From positions 64,001-128,000 of IMG/VR virus record IMGVR_UViG_3300036985_007703: 64,000 nt of DNA; one strand, 5' to 3'. This stretch comes from a virus. Positions 1 through 12,000 of the stretch are shown piece after piece. Every line of letters starts with the position of its first letter. Position 1 is the first letter of the stretch. Position numbers and translations under genes: made by a program. The notes under the pieces were generated by a model. It was not told the origin of the DNA and searched no databases. It saw nothing but the letters and a program-made list of their open reading frames with translations.

Positions 1-1870
1 TCGTCGACGCGCGAACCGTGCCCAACGCGATGCGCATCTTGGCGATCTTTCCAAGGAATGGATACGTCAGATCCGCCCGCCACCCTATTGTCAACGGGGA
101 AAACGAATGCGGGATCGTAGGGCTGCCCGTGAAGGTCTCGGGAATCCCATCAATCGTGATGGCCCAATTGCTTCCATCCCGGATCACCGCGACGTGATAC
201 CAGCGATTAAAACTCAGTTGGCGCGTACTCGTGAAAGTCGTCCCCGCCGCATCGAACACCATGTAACGGGACGAGGTCAGATACCACTGCCATGATGTCC
301 CATAGGTGGCATCCCACACGGCTGCAATCGTGGCCTGCGTGCTCACGCCTGTAGCGAAAATAAACGCCTCGATGGTAAACGCCGTGGCCCCCCGCAAGGT
401 GTAAGAGGTGAAGGGGCCATTGTGCCGATTCTTGACCGCCGATCCTCCCACAACCGTGATCGCTTTCGGCACATCGTCGTACGGAAACGTCAAATTGCCG
501 CCGATCCCGAAGTCCTGGTCGAACTTCATCAGCATCTTTGTGTACGAGGTGACAGGATACTCCGTCCGCGTGGGAGGCGTGAAAGAGGTGCCCGTCCACA
601 ATGCCTGTCCTACTGTCGTGCGCAGATGCGAAACATAGTTATAACCATCCCCTATTTGGATCGTCTGAGATGTATTAAAAATAGTGCTACTAAACGCCTG
701 ATCTGCCCCCAATTGGACCCCATCCTGGAACATGCGCATGACGTTCCCCGTGCGGACGATGGCCATGTGCACCCACCGATGTGGGGACACGTCTATACCC
801 GGACGATACACATTCTGGGAGTTCGTGCCGTCGGTCGTGTAGTAGAAGATACAGGCTGCTGCCTGATTGCTTGGCATCAACGTGAGACTCCAACACCGCG
901 ATCCTGCTGCTCCCCACTTAGTGATGGTCAACGCCGTGTAGGAAATCAGCCAAAAGTCAATAGTGAAGTCCCCACTACCCAGGTTGTGAGCCATATCTGC
1001 ATTGACCGTGAGATACCCCCCCGCTGTTAAATGCAGGACAGGATCAGCCACCCCCGTGTAGTGACTACCCGTGAACTTCCAATACTGACAGGCGGGTTCC
1101 GAAGACCCCGACGTGGCCATGCTATTGGTGGGCTCCATGTAGTAAAAGGCCGCCCCCGCATCGTTGAGATCCCAGTTGTAATAGACCGCACATCCCTGGG
1201 GGATCGGCGCCTTCACCTTGCGCCGGGGTCGATTGAAGTTGGCCGTCCACAGGGCCTTGCCGTTGATGACCCGTATCGCCCCTACCTGTCCCTGGTAGTA
1301 GCTCGTGGAGTAGTGGCCGATGGCCACGCCCGTAGGGGAACCCGAGGACCCGGAGACGGTCTGCGTCGCCACCTGTGCCCCGTTCAAAAAGAGGCGGTGC
1401 ACGTCCCCACTGCGCGTCACCGCCACGTGGTGCCAGGTATTAGCCTTCATGGGGTAGCCGGTCGCGCTGAGCGTCGCGATCGGCGTGTAGACCACGAGGT
1501 TGAACGCCTTATCGTAGGTGCCCGTCGTAAAAAAGAAGGAGGTCCCTAGCGAGAGGAAGTACTGGTTGCCCGCCGTAATCGCGGGGTTGATCCACGCATC
1601 GATCGTGTAGTCGTTCGTCCCAAAAACCATCTGGTAATTTTCGCCCGCAGTCTCGTCCACCGCGGAGGAAGTCCCATTGAGCAGGACTCCACCCCCCTCG
1701 GGCGGCACCAGACGCCCGAGGTCCGTCTCCACATCCTGCTTGATGTTGGTCGCTGTGAAACTATAGTACGCAGAACCACCCCGACGATTACCCTGCGTAA
1801 AATTGAGATCCGCCACAGCGGGAATGCCATTGGGCACCTCACGAGTCCATCGCTTTGCACCACCGGGCAT
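1..1870 (-). CDS. Multi-LamG (concanavalin A-like) domain virion adhesin, 3' end runs off the window
   Basis: Not in the ORF track because it has no stop inside the window. ATG at 1870 follows GAGGAGG. The hand translation stays in frame and gives three LamG-type units: DYTIDAWI...WHHVAVTRSG..RLFLNG; DFTIDFWL...WVHMAIVRTG; AFTIEAFI...WYHVAVIRDG...FLGKIAKMRI. Confidence 0.8.
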   Translation of the reverse strand, partial: MPGGAKRWTREVPNGIPAVADLNFTQGNRRGGSAYYSFTATNIKQDVETDLGRLVPPEGGGVLLNGTSSAVDETAGENYQMVFGTNDYTIDAWINPAITAGNQYFLSLGTSFFFTTGTYDKAFNLVVYTPIATLSATGYPMKANTWHHVAVTRSGDVHRLFLNGAQVATQTVSGSSGSPTGVAIGHYSTSYYQGQVGAIRVINGKALWTANFNRPRRKVKAPIPQGCAVYYNWDLNDAGAAFYYMEPTNSMATSGSSEPACQYWKFTGSHYTGVADPVLHLTAGGYLTVNADMAHNLGSGDFTIDFWLISYTALTITKWGAAGSRCWSLTLMPSNQAAACIFYYTTDGTNSQNVYRPGIDVSPHRWVHMAIVRTGNVMRMFQDGVQLGADQAFSSTIFNTSQTIQIGDGYNYVSHLRTTVGQALWTGTSFTPPTRTEYPVTSYTKMLMKFDQDFGIGGNLTFPYDDVPKAITVVGGSAVKNRHNGPFTSYTLRGATAFTIEAFIFATGVSTQATIAAVWDATYGTSWQWYLTSSRYMVFDAAGTTFTSTRQLSFNRWYHVAVIRDGSNWAITIDGIPETFTGSPTIPHSFSPLTIGWRADLTYPFLGKIAKMRIALGTVRAST

Positions 1871-1881
1871 GGATCCCTCCT

Positions 1882-4800
1882 CTATTCCAGCACGAAGACG
1901 AGTTGCACACTCGCCGTCATCGCGTCGTCGTTGGTCCCGTTTGCGTCCGTGGATAATTCTAGGGCTTGCGCGTTCGCCACCACGTAGTTGGTCGTGCTGA
2001 TGTCCACGGCCGAGGAGACCCACGCGCTACCGCTGACATCCCACCCGTTGTTGCTGTTCGCCGTCCCCACCTTGTTGCCGTTCACCACCGTATTGAGCCG
2101 TGGCTGTGAGGCCCCCGTGTCGATGCTCTCGACGCGGTGCACCACGCGCACGAGGTACGCCGTGCCATGCTCCCAGCGCGCCCACTGGCCCATGATGTCA
2201 GCGAGTAGTTGGGTGCTGGCGACGGGCGCGAAGTAACCGTCCAGGCGGAACTCCCGCATGACCACGTTGGAGAGCGCCGCGTACGCCAACTCGTCGTCGT
2301 CGTTCGTGGTCATCGGCGCCCCGGCGATCGTCACCGTGCCCGCGCTGTACGTCGTCACGATCCCGTAGCGCCACGTGCTCGCCGTCGCACGATACCGCAG
2401 GGGCCGCCCCGGTACGAAGATCCCCTGGTTCGTGCCGTTGTCCGTCACCGTGAACGTGCTGTCCGCCGTCCGCGTGAACGGCGTCATCGCCGTCCAGGAA
2501 CTCGCGCCGCCCCCGCTGCTGCTCGCGGGCTGGTCGTACCACCCCTTGGTGCCCGAGGCGTTCGTCCCGTAGAGCTTCGTGTTGCCCGGCGTCGCACTAT
2601 CGTTGACGAGGTTGACCGTCGTGGTCCCCGTGAGCGAATACTGGAACGTCGTGGCCGCCTGGTAGTCGCTCCCCGCCGAGGCCGCGCTCACCACGCCCGC
2701 CGTCGCCTTGAGGAGCCCGCTGAGGCTCGTCGCCAGCGTCGTGGTGCCCGCCACCTCCACGTTCCCATCCAGGTACGTGATCCCGTTGACCTCCAGCCGC
2801 CCCGCCACGAGCAGATCTGCGTCTGTGTTGAAGGTATGCGAGGTCGTCCCGCTGAGCCCGATGCGCGCGTAGCCCGTGCCCGCGCCCGCGAGACTGAGGA
2901 TCGTGTTGTTGTAGCTCGTGAACTGCTGCGCGGTGCCCCGCAGGCTGACCGCCCCGTCGTCCCCCACGATCACCGTCGAATCCAACGCGCTGGTCCCCGT
3001 CGTGCTATTCCACCGCACGAGGGCGTGGTCCGTGCTGCTCCCCGGCCCCACCACGGCCCCATCCAGGTTCATCTGGATGATGTCCCAGTAGGCCCCGACC
3101 GTCGCGTGGTCCCCCGTGGGCGTGCTGTCCGTCGTGCAGACCATCATGTCGCCCGCCTCGACGTTCGGCCCGCTATTGCCACCGATCTTGCCCGCTACGC
3201 TCACGCGGTAGGTGTCCCCGGCATCCGCTGCGGGGTAGTTCGGATAGTCCCCGAGCACCATCGTGTAGAGGCGACCGCCACTGACACCGACCAACAGATT
3301 ACTGCCATCCCCATCCGAAGCTGACGAAATCCACGCCTTGACCGTCGCTCCGGCTGGTTGCCGCTCGGACCACGTCGCACCACTATCGGACGAGGTGTAG
3401 ACCTTGCCGTCGCTGTTGCCATTCTCGCGGATCACCGCGATCATGTTGCTACCGTCCGAGTCACACGAGACCGAATCCCAGTTGCGGTTGGAGTTGCCTG
3501 CTGGTTGTCGCTCCGTCCAGTTGGCCCCACTATCGGTCGAGATGTAGAGCCGCCCACTACTAGCCGCCGCCATCAACACACTACCGTCCGAGTCGGACGC
3601 CACCTTGAGCCAGTTCAGGTTGGTGGCCCCCCCCGGTTGAACCTCCGTCCAGTCCGTCCCGCTGTTCGAGGAGATATAGAGCCGTCCCGCGTTGACCGCT
3701 GCGATCAGGTTCGTCCCATCGTAGTCGCAGGCCACCGCCATCCAGTTCTTGTTGACATCCCCCGCCGGACGCTTCTCCGCCCAATTCGCCCCACTATCCC
3801 CCGAGGTGTAGAGCCGCCCCCCGTAGATCGCCGCAATCAGGTTCGTTCCCCCCTGCCCCGAGTTGACACCAATCCAGTTCTGATCGGACGCCCCCGCTGG
3901 TTGGCGTTCCGTCCACCCCACCCCGCTGTTCGCCGAGGTGTAGAGCCGTCCTCCATAAACGGCTGCGATCAGGTTGATCCCCTCGCTCGCATCCGAGGCG
4001 ATCGATCGCCAAGACTTATCCGCATCCCCCGCCGGTTGCCGCTCGGTCCACCCCGCCCCGCTGTTCGAGGAGGTATAGAGCCGCCCGCCATAGGCCGCAG
4101 CCACCAAGTTGGTGCCACTCGCATCCGAGGCGATTGCGCGCCATGTCTTGTCTACCGCCCCCGCAGGCTGCCGCTCCGTGTAGGTCCATGGCCTCGCACA
4201 ATTTAGCGCGCCCTTGTAGGTCATGGGGTCCGTCACGTCGACGCCGACATTCTTCCAGACCGCCCCCGTGTACCACCGCACGTTCGTGCCGTTCCACTCC
4301 ACGGTCCCCGCGATGGCCGTCGCGTTCTCGTGCGCCCCGATCACGATCGCCCCGTTGCCGGAGCCGTCCTTGAGGTGCAGGCGCTCGCCCGGCGCGGCCT
4401 GGCCGATGCCCGTATAGCCCGACGCCTTGAGCTGGTAGACCGTCGAGACCGCCCACGCCCCCGTATCGTTGTAGATGAGCCGCGTGTCCCCGCTGGGCGG
4501 CGCGTGGGTGTGCGCGTCGAGCGTCCCCAGGGCCGTCTGCACGTCCACGTCCGTCGCGCTGAGCTTGCCCGCGAACCCCGAGGCGTCCACCGTGATCGCG
4601 CTCGCGGGGTGCGCCCCGAGCAGGCCCCGGTTCGTCATGCTGTTGTGGTCCGTCGCCACGTAGGTCCCCGACGAGACCACCGCCATGCTGCGCAGGTCCT
4701 GCGTCTCCTCGTACGGCGTCGCGTCGTTGCGCAGGATCACGCGGAAGAGGACCTTCATCTCCGCGAAGGGCAGGTTCGTCAGCGAGAGCTGGTCGTAGGT

Positions 4801-5979
4801 GTTGTTCGTGCGCGCATCGGCCAGCGTGGTGTCCGTCCGCTGCCCCATGATCACGTAGATCGGGCACGTGGGGTCGTTCCCTACGAAGAACCAATAGGCC
4901 ACATACGCGTTCGCCCCCATCTCGGTGAGCGTCCCCGCGTTGTCGTAGCAGATGTTCGTGCTCTGCGTGACGTAGTAGTCCGCCCCCTTCGCCGTCCACG
5001 TCCAATACCCCCCCGACCGCCGCAGCACGCGGCACTGCGTCTGCTCCCCGATGACCATGCGCATATCCTCGTCGCGATATACGCCCTCGGTGATCGTAAA
5101 GGTCGTGTTGCCGAAGGTCCCGCCAAACCCATTCACGTACCGCGATCCCAGGCACTCATGGAAATACTGGTGCGTGGCCCAGTCCATGACGAGCCCGTGG
5201 CGCTCCTCACCCGGACGCCCATCGGCCAGCGCGCTGTTCCAGTACACCGTGTAAACAGGCACGATCCCGCCGTCGATCGTCCACGGCGTCGAGGATTTCT
5301 GAAGCACCCCACTGGCGTCAAAGTAGATGTACCAGAGCCCCGTGGTGTCATCGATCGTCACCGTCTGGGCCACGCTCTTCGTATACTTGGTGCCCTTTGT
5401 GTAGAAGTCGAAGCTCGTCACGGTCGGGGCGATCGTGAACTCGCGCGATGTCGTGTTGAAGCTGATCGTGGAATCCGTGCGGTTCGGGAACCCCGTGGGC
5501 TCCGCCTGGAGCGTCGCGAACAGCGTCGAGGGCGTGTAGTCCCACGTGGCGTCGCCCCGCAGGAACTTGGTCGCATCGTTCGGCGCCTTAGGCGCAAACC
5601 CATGCCGTGAGGTCGTCACGTCCGCCGTCACCACGTCGATAAGGCTCAGCGCCCCCTCGGCGATAGCCGCACCATCCCCGTCGATATGGTCGTGGCTGTT
5701 GCCATTGGTCACGAGGCGGGCCGTGAGGTTGGTCTCGACCCCCGCGCTGTCGAGCGTGAAGATCTCCGTCGCGCTGCTGACCGCCTTCACGTACAGGCGC
5801 AACTTCGTGGCGACGGGATCGGCGGGCTTCGTGATCTCCGTCAGCTCGACCCACGTCGACGCCTTGACCGCCGCCGCCGTCGTGGCCCCCAGGGCGACGA
5901 CCCCCGCCGCATCCCGCCGCACCTCGGCGTCGCCGCCATACACCGTCTTGTTGTTCGCCGCGTCGTGAATCAGCGCCAT
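1882..5979 (-). CDS. Tail fibre / receptor-binding protein with an inserted 7-repeat BNR/Asp-box beta-propeller
   Basis: 1365 aa, G/T/S-rich fibre modules. Seven W.E.QPAG...W..IASD..G.NL.AA..GGRLYTS.NSG repeats. Shares modules with neighbouring fibre genes. RBS GGAGAGG. Confidence 0.8.
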   Translation of the reverse strand: MALIHDAANNKTVYGGDAEVRRDAAGVVALGATTAAAVKASTWVELTEITKPADPVATKLRLYVKAVSSATEIFTLDSAGVETNLTARLVTNGNSHDHIDGDGAAIAEGALSLIDVVTADVTTSRHGFAPKAPNDATKFLRGDATWDYTPSTLFATLQAEPTGFPNRTDSTISFNTTSREFTIAPTVTSFDFYTKGTKYTKSVAQTVTIDDTTGLWYIYFDASGVLQKSSTPWTIDGGIVPVYTVYWNSALADGRPGEERHGLVMDWATHQYFHECLGSRYVNGFGGTFGNTTFTITEGVYRDEDMRMVIGEQTQCRVLRRSGGYWTWTAKGADYYVTQSTNICYDNAGTLTEMGANAYVAYWFFVGNDPTCPIYVIMGQRTDTTLADARTNNTYDQLSLTNLPFAEMKVLFRVILRNDATPYEETQDLRSMAVVSSGTYVATDHNSMTNRGLLGAHPASAITVDASGFAGKLSATDVDVQTALGTLDAHTHAPPSGDTRLIYNDTGAWAVSTVYQLKASGYTGIGQAAPGERLHLKDGSGNGAIVIGAHENATAIAGTVEWNGTNVRWYTGAVWKNVGVDVTDPMTYKGALNCARPWTYTERQPAGAVDKTWRAIASDASGTNLVAAAYGGRLYTSSNSGAGWTERQPAGDADKSWRSIASDASEGINLIAAVYGGRLYTSANSGVGWTERQPAGASDQNWIGVNSGQGGTNLIAAIYGGRLYTSGDSGANWAEKRPAGDVNKNWMAVACDYDGTNLIAAVNAGRLYISSNSGTDWTEVQPGGATNLNWLKVASDSDGSVLMAAASSGRLYISTDSGANWTERQPAGNSNRNWDSVSCDSDGSNMIAVIRENGNSDGKVYTSSDSGATWSERQPAGATVKAWISSASDGDGSNLLVGVSGGRLYTMVLGDYPNYPAADAGDTYRVSVAGKIGGNSGPNVEAGDMMVCTTDSTPTGDHATVGAYWDIIQMNLDGAVVGPGSSTDHALVRWNSTTGTSALDSTVIVGDDGAVSLRGTAQQFTSYNNTILSLAGAGTGYARIGLSGTTSHTFNTDADLLVAGRLEVNGITYLDGNVEVAGTTTLATSLSGLLKATAGVVSAASAGSDYQAATTFQYSLTGTTTVNLVNDSATPGNTKLYGTNASGTKGWYDQPASSSGGGASSWTAMTPFTRTADSTFTVTDNGTNQGIFVPGRPLRYRATASTWRYGIVTTYSAGTVTIAGAPMTTNDDDELAYAALSNVVMREFRLDGYFAPVASTQLLADIMGQWARWEHGTAYLVRVVHRVESIDTGASQPRLNTVVNGNKVGTANSNNGWDVSGSAWVSSAVDISTTNYVVANAQALELSTDANGTNDDAMTASVQLVFVLE
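3255..4190 (-). repeat. Seven tandem ~44-aa Asp-box/BNR coding repeats
   Basis: Repeated TERQPAG/AEKRPAG/TEVQPGG and S.NSG..W / S.DSG..W motifs in the 1365-aa protein; boundaries approximate. Confidence 0.85.
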
Positions 5980-5994
5980 CGGTCAATCCCTCTC

Positions 5995-6014
5995 CTGCGC
6001 ATGCGCATGCGCAG
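5995..6014. promoter_or_regulatory. Conserved 20-bp palindrome, copy 1 (CTGCGCATGCGCATGCGCAG)
   Basis: Perfect palindrome between the stop at 6020 and the RBS of the 5979 gene. Confidence 0.75.
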
Positions 6015-6019
6015 CGTCG

Positions 6020-9000
6020 TCACGCGAAGGTGTGCTTGGTCGTCCAGGTGCCCGCGATCCGCTTCTCGACCACGAGGTCATCTCCGGTGCGCCCCGTACG
6101 CCACGACCCATTCGTGGTCGGATCGCCGTAGTAGGTCCACGCATCGCTGGCGACCTCGATGTCCCCGCCCACGTCGAGCCGCGAGCTGGGCGCCGCCACG
6201 TTGATGCCGACCCGCTTGTTCGTATCGTCCCACACCCACTCCGAGGTCTCGGCGTAGGTCCACTTGGTGTTCCCGTTGTCCCAGAAGAGGAGCTGCCCGG
6301 CCGCCGTGCCCGCATCCACCGTGGTGCCGCCCCCCGCCGCGATCCAACTGCACACGCCCGCCGTCGTCGCGCTGAGCACGTAGCCCGTCACGCCCGGCGC
6401 CGCCGCTGGCAGCGTCATCGTCCACGACCCCGCCGCGTCCGCGACCTTGAGCGTCACGGCCCCCGAGGTCGTGCCCAACAGGTCGATCCGACCCGTGACC
6501 CCGCCCGCCTTGCCGATCTGCACGACGCCCGCGTCCGTGATCCGCACGCGCTCGACCGAGGTCGCGGTGTCACTGGGCGTCGTGTTGAACGTCAGATGCC
6601 CGCCGTTCGCTCCAGAGGCCCAGGTCTGCGCCGCAAAGGCCCCGATCCACGCCGTCCCCCTGAATCCCGCCTCGTAACCGCAGAAATACAGGGCACCCAA
6701 GGCATCCCCACTGGAGACCACCGAGGGCGACGCATCGCTCGTCCCGCGCGCCCGCCCTACCAACAAGGTCCCCTGATCGGATGCCGTGTTGCTGACCCCA
6801 AACACCGCATGATAGGCGCTACCCACCCGCGTGAGTTGGAAATCAAACGTCGGCGTGTAGGCGCCCATCCGCAACTTGTTGTCGCTGGTGAGCCGCATCC
6901 GTTCAACAAAGGTCCCTGCCCCACTCATCGTCGAGAAAACGATGCGCCCCGGCACGTAGATCCCTGACAGCGCCGCGTCGACCTCGAACCCGACACCGGA
7001 CGACACGCGGTAGCACGCTGAGGTGTTCGTGTTCCACCCGTAGGCGTAGAAACCACCGATGGTGTCCCCACTGGTCACGACTGTCTTAGAAGCGACCGTT
7101 CCGTTACACCGCAGGAACTCGTAGTAGGCCGCCCCCGCCGACGACTCGTTGGCGATGCTGTTGTAGCCCGCTGCCCCCGATACCACGAGGCGCCGATTCT
7201 GGGCCGCCCCTTCAATGACCGGATCCGTCGCCGTGTTGATCTGCACGTACCCCGCACTCGTGATCCGCATGCGCTCCGATGGCGCATCGTTTATCCCTGC
7301 ATGGAAAGTCAATCTGCCAGGGACATTGTTATTGCTAACAGTTCCATCTATTTCTAAATAAATACCACCGGCGTTCGCATAATCAGTCCCATCATAACCC
7401 CAACCTTGAATACCAAAAACAACCTCAGTGTTTACAACCGCAGTCTTACTGGTCAACGTCCCGTTTGCTCTTAGCATACGCAGGGTTGTTGTTGTTCCAA
7501 CACCATCGACATGAATGCCAGGCAAATACGTCCCGGAAACAGCACCTGCAACATACAACGGAACAGTGTATGACGTTCCACTCAGTGTTGCAGCTCCAGT
7601 CGAAGATCCAAAGCTAGCTATTGGAGTTGCCGTGTCTATGTAATAAAAACTAGACGCGCCACCAAATGCCCCGGCGTTGTTGTATTGAATCTGATGATCC
7701 GAACCTGCTGGTGTCGCCGAGACCGCCGCCCACGAGGTCACGCCGCTGCCGCTCGTCTGGAGGAACCACCCGTTGGTCCCGTTGGTGGTGGGGAACTGGA
7801 ACACGGTCCCCGTGCCCGCCGCCGCCGCCGCCTTGAGCGTGACTGTCCCCGAGGTGGTCCCGTACAAATCGATCTGGCCCGTTGCGCCCCCCGCCACGCC
7901 GATCCGCACGATGCCCGCGCTCGTGATCCGCATGCGCTCGGTCATCGAGGCCGCCCCATCGGCCGTCGTGTAGAAGACCATGTTGCCAGGCATGTCCGAG
8001 GCGCCTGGCGTGGCATCGACGTTCACCCCGATCGCTGCCGCCGGGCGGTATGTACTTCCGTCGTAGCCGCCCCAGTTCAGCGACCCGCAATTGTCCCCCG
8101 ACTGCACGATCTGCTTAGTCCCCACCGTGTTGCGCGCCCGATAGAAGTACATGCTAGCGCCGTTCGACGCGCCAATGGCCTCTACCGCGATGCCCGGCAG
8201 GTTGTTCGTCTGCTCCGTCTGCACCAACAACGGGACCGAGTACGAGGCCCCTCCGATACTGATCGTCTGCGCCGCGCCGATGCTCACGCGGGGCTCGTAC
8301 TGGCTCGCACTCGCGATGCGGAACTTCTCCGCCAAGGTCCCCGCCGCGTCCATCGTGTCGAACCGCAGGTACGAGGACACAAGGTTCGTCCCCACTGCGT
8401 CGGCGATCACCTGGATCTGCGTCGTCTTGCGCCAGTCGGCGTTCTTATAGGCCCAGACCGCCGCCAATTCCGCCAGCACGTCCGCCGCCGCCACGTCCGT
8501 CTTCGAGGCCGACGACCCCCGGCTCTTCATGTACGAGAAGATCCCGTAGGCCGGGTTGCCGAATGACTCCAGCGCGATGCTGCTGTAGGAATCCTTGGTG
8601 ATCGCCAGGTTGTTGCCGGAGGCGGTGTTGGCCACATCCCCGATGCGCACCTGGCCCGCGCTCGTGATCCGCACGCGCTCCACCGGGGACGCGCTCCCCG
8701 AGGGCGTGGTCTCCAAGGTGAGGTACCCCGGCGCACTCGAATCCGAGAACGTGCCATCGGCCACGACGGTCATGCGCCCGCCGGTCACCCACGTGCTTGT
8801 CCCAAATCCCGCACCAACGTGCGCCACCAAGGTGTTACCGCTGACCGCCGCCGTGCGCGAGGCCGCCGACCCGTTCGCGTGGAGCCCTGAGAAATACGAG
8901 TAGTACCCTGTGCCAAAGGTATGCACGCCCACACCGCAAAACGCCTGATCCATCGCGACGACCAGATTGTTTTGGTTGTGGTTCGCCACGCTCGCCATCG

Positions 9001-12000
9001 CGTTGGTGATGAACACCTGTCCCCCACTCAAGATGCGCATCCGCTCGACCTCGGTCGTGCTCCCCGAGGGCGTGGTCAGGAAACTCATGTACCCCGGCGA
9101 GCTAGAGTTCGTGAACGTGCCATCCGCATGCACGCGGATCCTACCCGCATACACCCACGTGTTGTCGCCGTACCCGCCACCGATGAAGGCCGCCAGGTTG
9201 TCTCCCGCCACGGCCGCCGTCGGCGTCCCTAGCGTGCCGTTCGCGTGGTATCCGGCAAAATACGAGTAGTAGGTCGTGCCGAACGTCTGCGTGCTCACCC
9301 CCGCGTAAGCCTGGTTCATCGCGACCGAGAGCGGGATGCCCACGATGTTCGCGGCGTTCGCCATGTTGTTGCTGACGTACAGGTACCCCGCCGAGGTGAG
9401 CCGCATGCGCTGGAGCGGCGACGTGCTCCCCGAGGGCGTCGTGTAGAAGTCGAGGTAGCCGGGACTTGAGGAGTCCGTAAACGTGCCATCCGCCCCCGCC
9501 CAGATGATCGCCGCTGTGTACGAGGACGTGGCCCCACGCCCCAGGAAGCCGATGCTGCCAATCCCGTCCCCCGCTGCCAGCGCCGTCGGCGTGGCCAGCG
9601 TCCCGCGCGAGCGGTAGTACGAGGTGTTGGCATAGCCCACACCCGCCCCCGCTGCGCAGATCATGTACTGATTGAGGTAGCCGCCCTCCCCCTGGATGTT
9701 GAGGAGCCGCCCGCTGTTGCTCCAGGTGAAGTTAGCGTCCGCCCCGAAGGCCCCCGCGTTGTTGTACTGGATCTGCGTGGAACTCCCCGCCGGGGAACCC
9801 CCGCCGAAGGCCGTCCACCCGCTGCCCGTGTAGCCCTGAAACGCCGTCCCCGTCCACCGGATCGTCCCCGCGTTGGTCCCCGTGGTGTTGCCCACGCGGA
9901 TCGCCCCGTTGCCACTGCCGTCGTAGAGGTCGAGACGCTCCGTCGGCGCCGTCTTGCCGATACCCAGGCTGCCATTCGCGATCAAGCGCATGCGCTCGGC
10001 CCACGAGGTCACATTGGTCGTATAGAAGGCCATATACGCCGACTGGTCCGTTCCACTCCAGTTCACCGACGCCGCCGAGATGATCGTGGCCGCGTGCTGC
10101 GCGTTGCTCGCGTCGTAGTAGCCCATGAAGTAGAGGCCACCCGTATAGTCCCCGCTCTGGACCGCCGTGCGCGCGGCCCGCGTGCCCCGGCTGCGCACGC
10201 ACATGAGGCCGGGATTCACGCCGGGGGTATCACTGGCCCCGGAGGCGATGACCGTCCCCCCACCGCTGTCCACGAACACCTCCAGCGTCCCGCCGGGGTT
10301 CGTACACCCGATGCCCACCTTGCCATCCTGGTTGATCCGCATCCGCTCCAGATGCGTCGTCGTCGCGTTGGGCGTCGTGTTGAACGTCATCATCGTCCCA
10401 CTCGCCGACGCCCCCCAGTTCTCCGTCGCGACGCCCCGGATACAGGCCCCGACGCGCCCATTGGCTCCGTCGTAGAGCCCTCCCCATTGGAGCTGCCCGA
10501 TGATGTCCGCCGACAGGATCGCCGAGGGCGACGCCTGCGTCCCGTTCGCCTTGTTCATCGTCAACGTCGGGAACACCGTGGTCCCGAACGAATACACTCG
10601 GATGTAGGCGTAGGTGTTGCTCTGCACGTCGAGATCGATCGCCGGGGTGCAGCCGATGCCCAGGTACCCCGCGCTGGTCAATCGCATGCGCTCGGCGAAC
10701 GTCCCGCCCGTGTTCCGCGTCATGAACACGAGGCGCCCCGGCACGTTGTCCTCGGCGACCGTCCCGTCCACCTCGCCCTTGATCTGGGTCGCCACGATGT
10801 ACGAGGGCGTCGTGCCCCCATCCCACCCGTACGTCCCCCAACTGCCAATCTGATCACCGCTGGCGACGGCCGTCTTGCTGGCCAGCGTCCCGCCGCACCG
10901 ATACGACTCGAAACGCGCCGCATCCGCCGCGACCTCAGCCGCGATCCCGCCAATGGTGGCATCGCCTGAGGCGATCAACCGCCGCCCCACGGTCGCCCCA
11001 CTGACCGTCGGCGCCGTCGTCAGCCCGATGTACAGGTGCCCCGCCTGCGTGATCCGCATGCGCTCGGACACCACCGTCGCGCGGTTCGCCGTCGTACCGA
11101 ACAGCAGGTTGGCCCCCGACCCGCTGGCGTCCCACCCCTCGGCCGCCTCACCCGTGATCTGCGCGCCCTCACGCTGGGTCGTCGTGTTGTAGAACCCCGC
11201 CCACTGCATGATGCCGAGGTAGTTCCCGTTGGTCACCGCCGTCGGGCTCGCCATCGTGCCGTTGGCGCGATTCACGGACACCGTCGCGTACGCCGCTCCA
11301 TAGGCGATGGCCCGGATCGCCGTGAACCCGTTCCACTGCACGTCGAGGGGCACGCCGGGCGCCGCCGTCCCGATCCCCAGGAAGCCCACGCTCGTGAGGC
11401 GCATGCGCTCCGCGAAGGTCGTCCCGTCCAGCGTGCTGATCGTGACGTGCGTCTTCTTCGCCGTCGTGCCGTCCGCCACGACCCCGATCTGCGCCCCCAC
11501 GTAGTCCGCCGAGGCGCTGCGCCCCGAGATCGAGATGAGCCCTAAGGTGTCCCCCGTGTTGATGTCCGCTGGCGTCCCCGCCGTGCCCCGCGCCCGATAG
11601 AGCGCCAGGACCGCCGGGGCATCCGCCGTCGCGCTGTAATTCCGCTGCTTGATCCCCCGTGCCGCATCACTGGCCGTCACCACATCGAAGTCGACCGTCG
11701 GCGTACTCGTCCCGAGCCCCAGGCGACTATTCCCGTGGTCCCAATACAGCGTCGCCGCCCCGTTCAGGGATCCGCCATCGTTGAACTGGACCTGATGGTC
11801 ACTGCCGCCCGCCCCAGCCGGGTCCGTCGTGTAGGCGATCCCCTTCCACGCCGCGTTCGCGAAAACCTTGAAGCGGTCGGCCACCGTGTCGTAGAAGAAC
11901 ATCCCCTCCTGGGGAGAGCCCGTCCCGTCACCCGTGCTGTCCCACTCGTTCGAGCGGATCCACTCCAGGACCGACCCCGTGCCGGTCTCCGCCGCGTACT

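Noticed and set aside
6890-11410. GCATGCGC matches inside the 2007-aa fibre as extra palindrome copies
   Set aside because: They are only 8-10 bp and are explained by the recurring ERMR codons.
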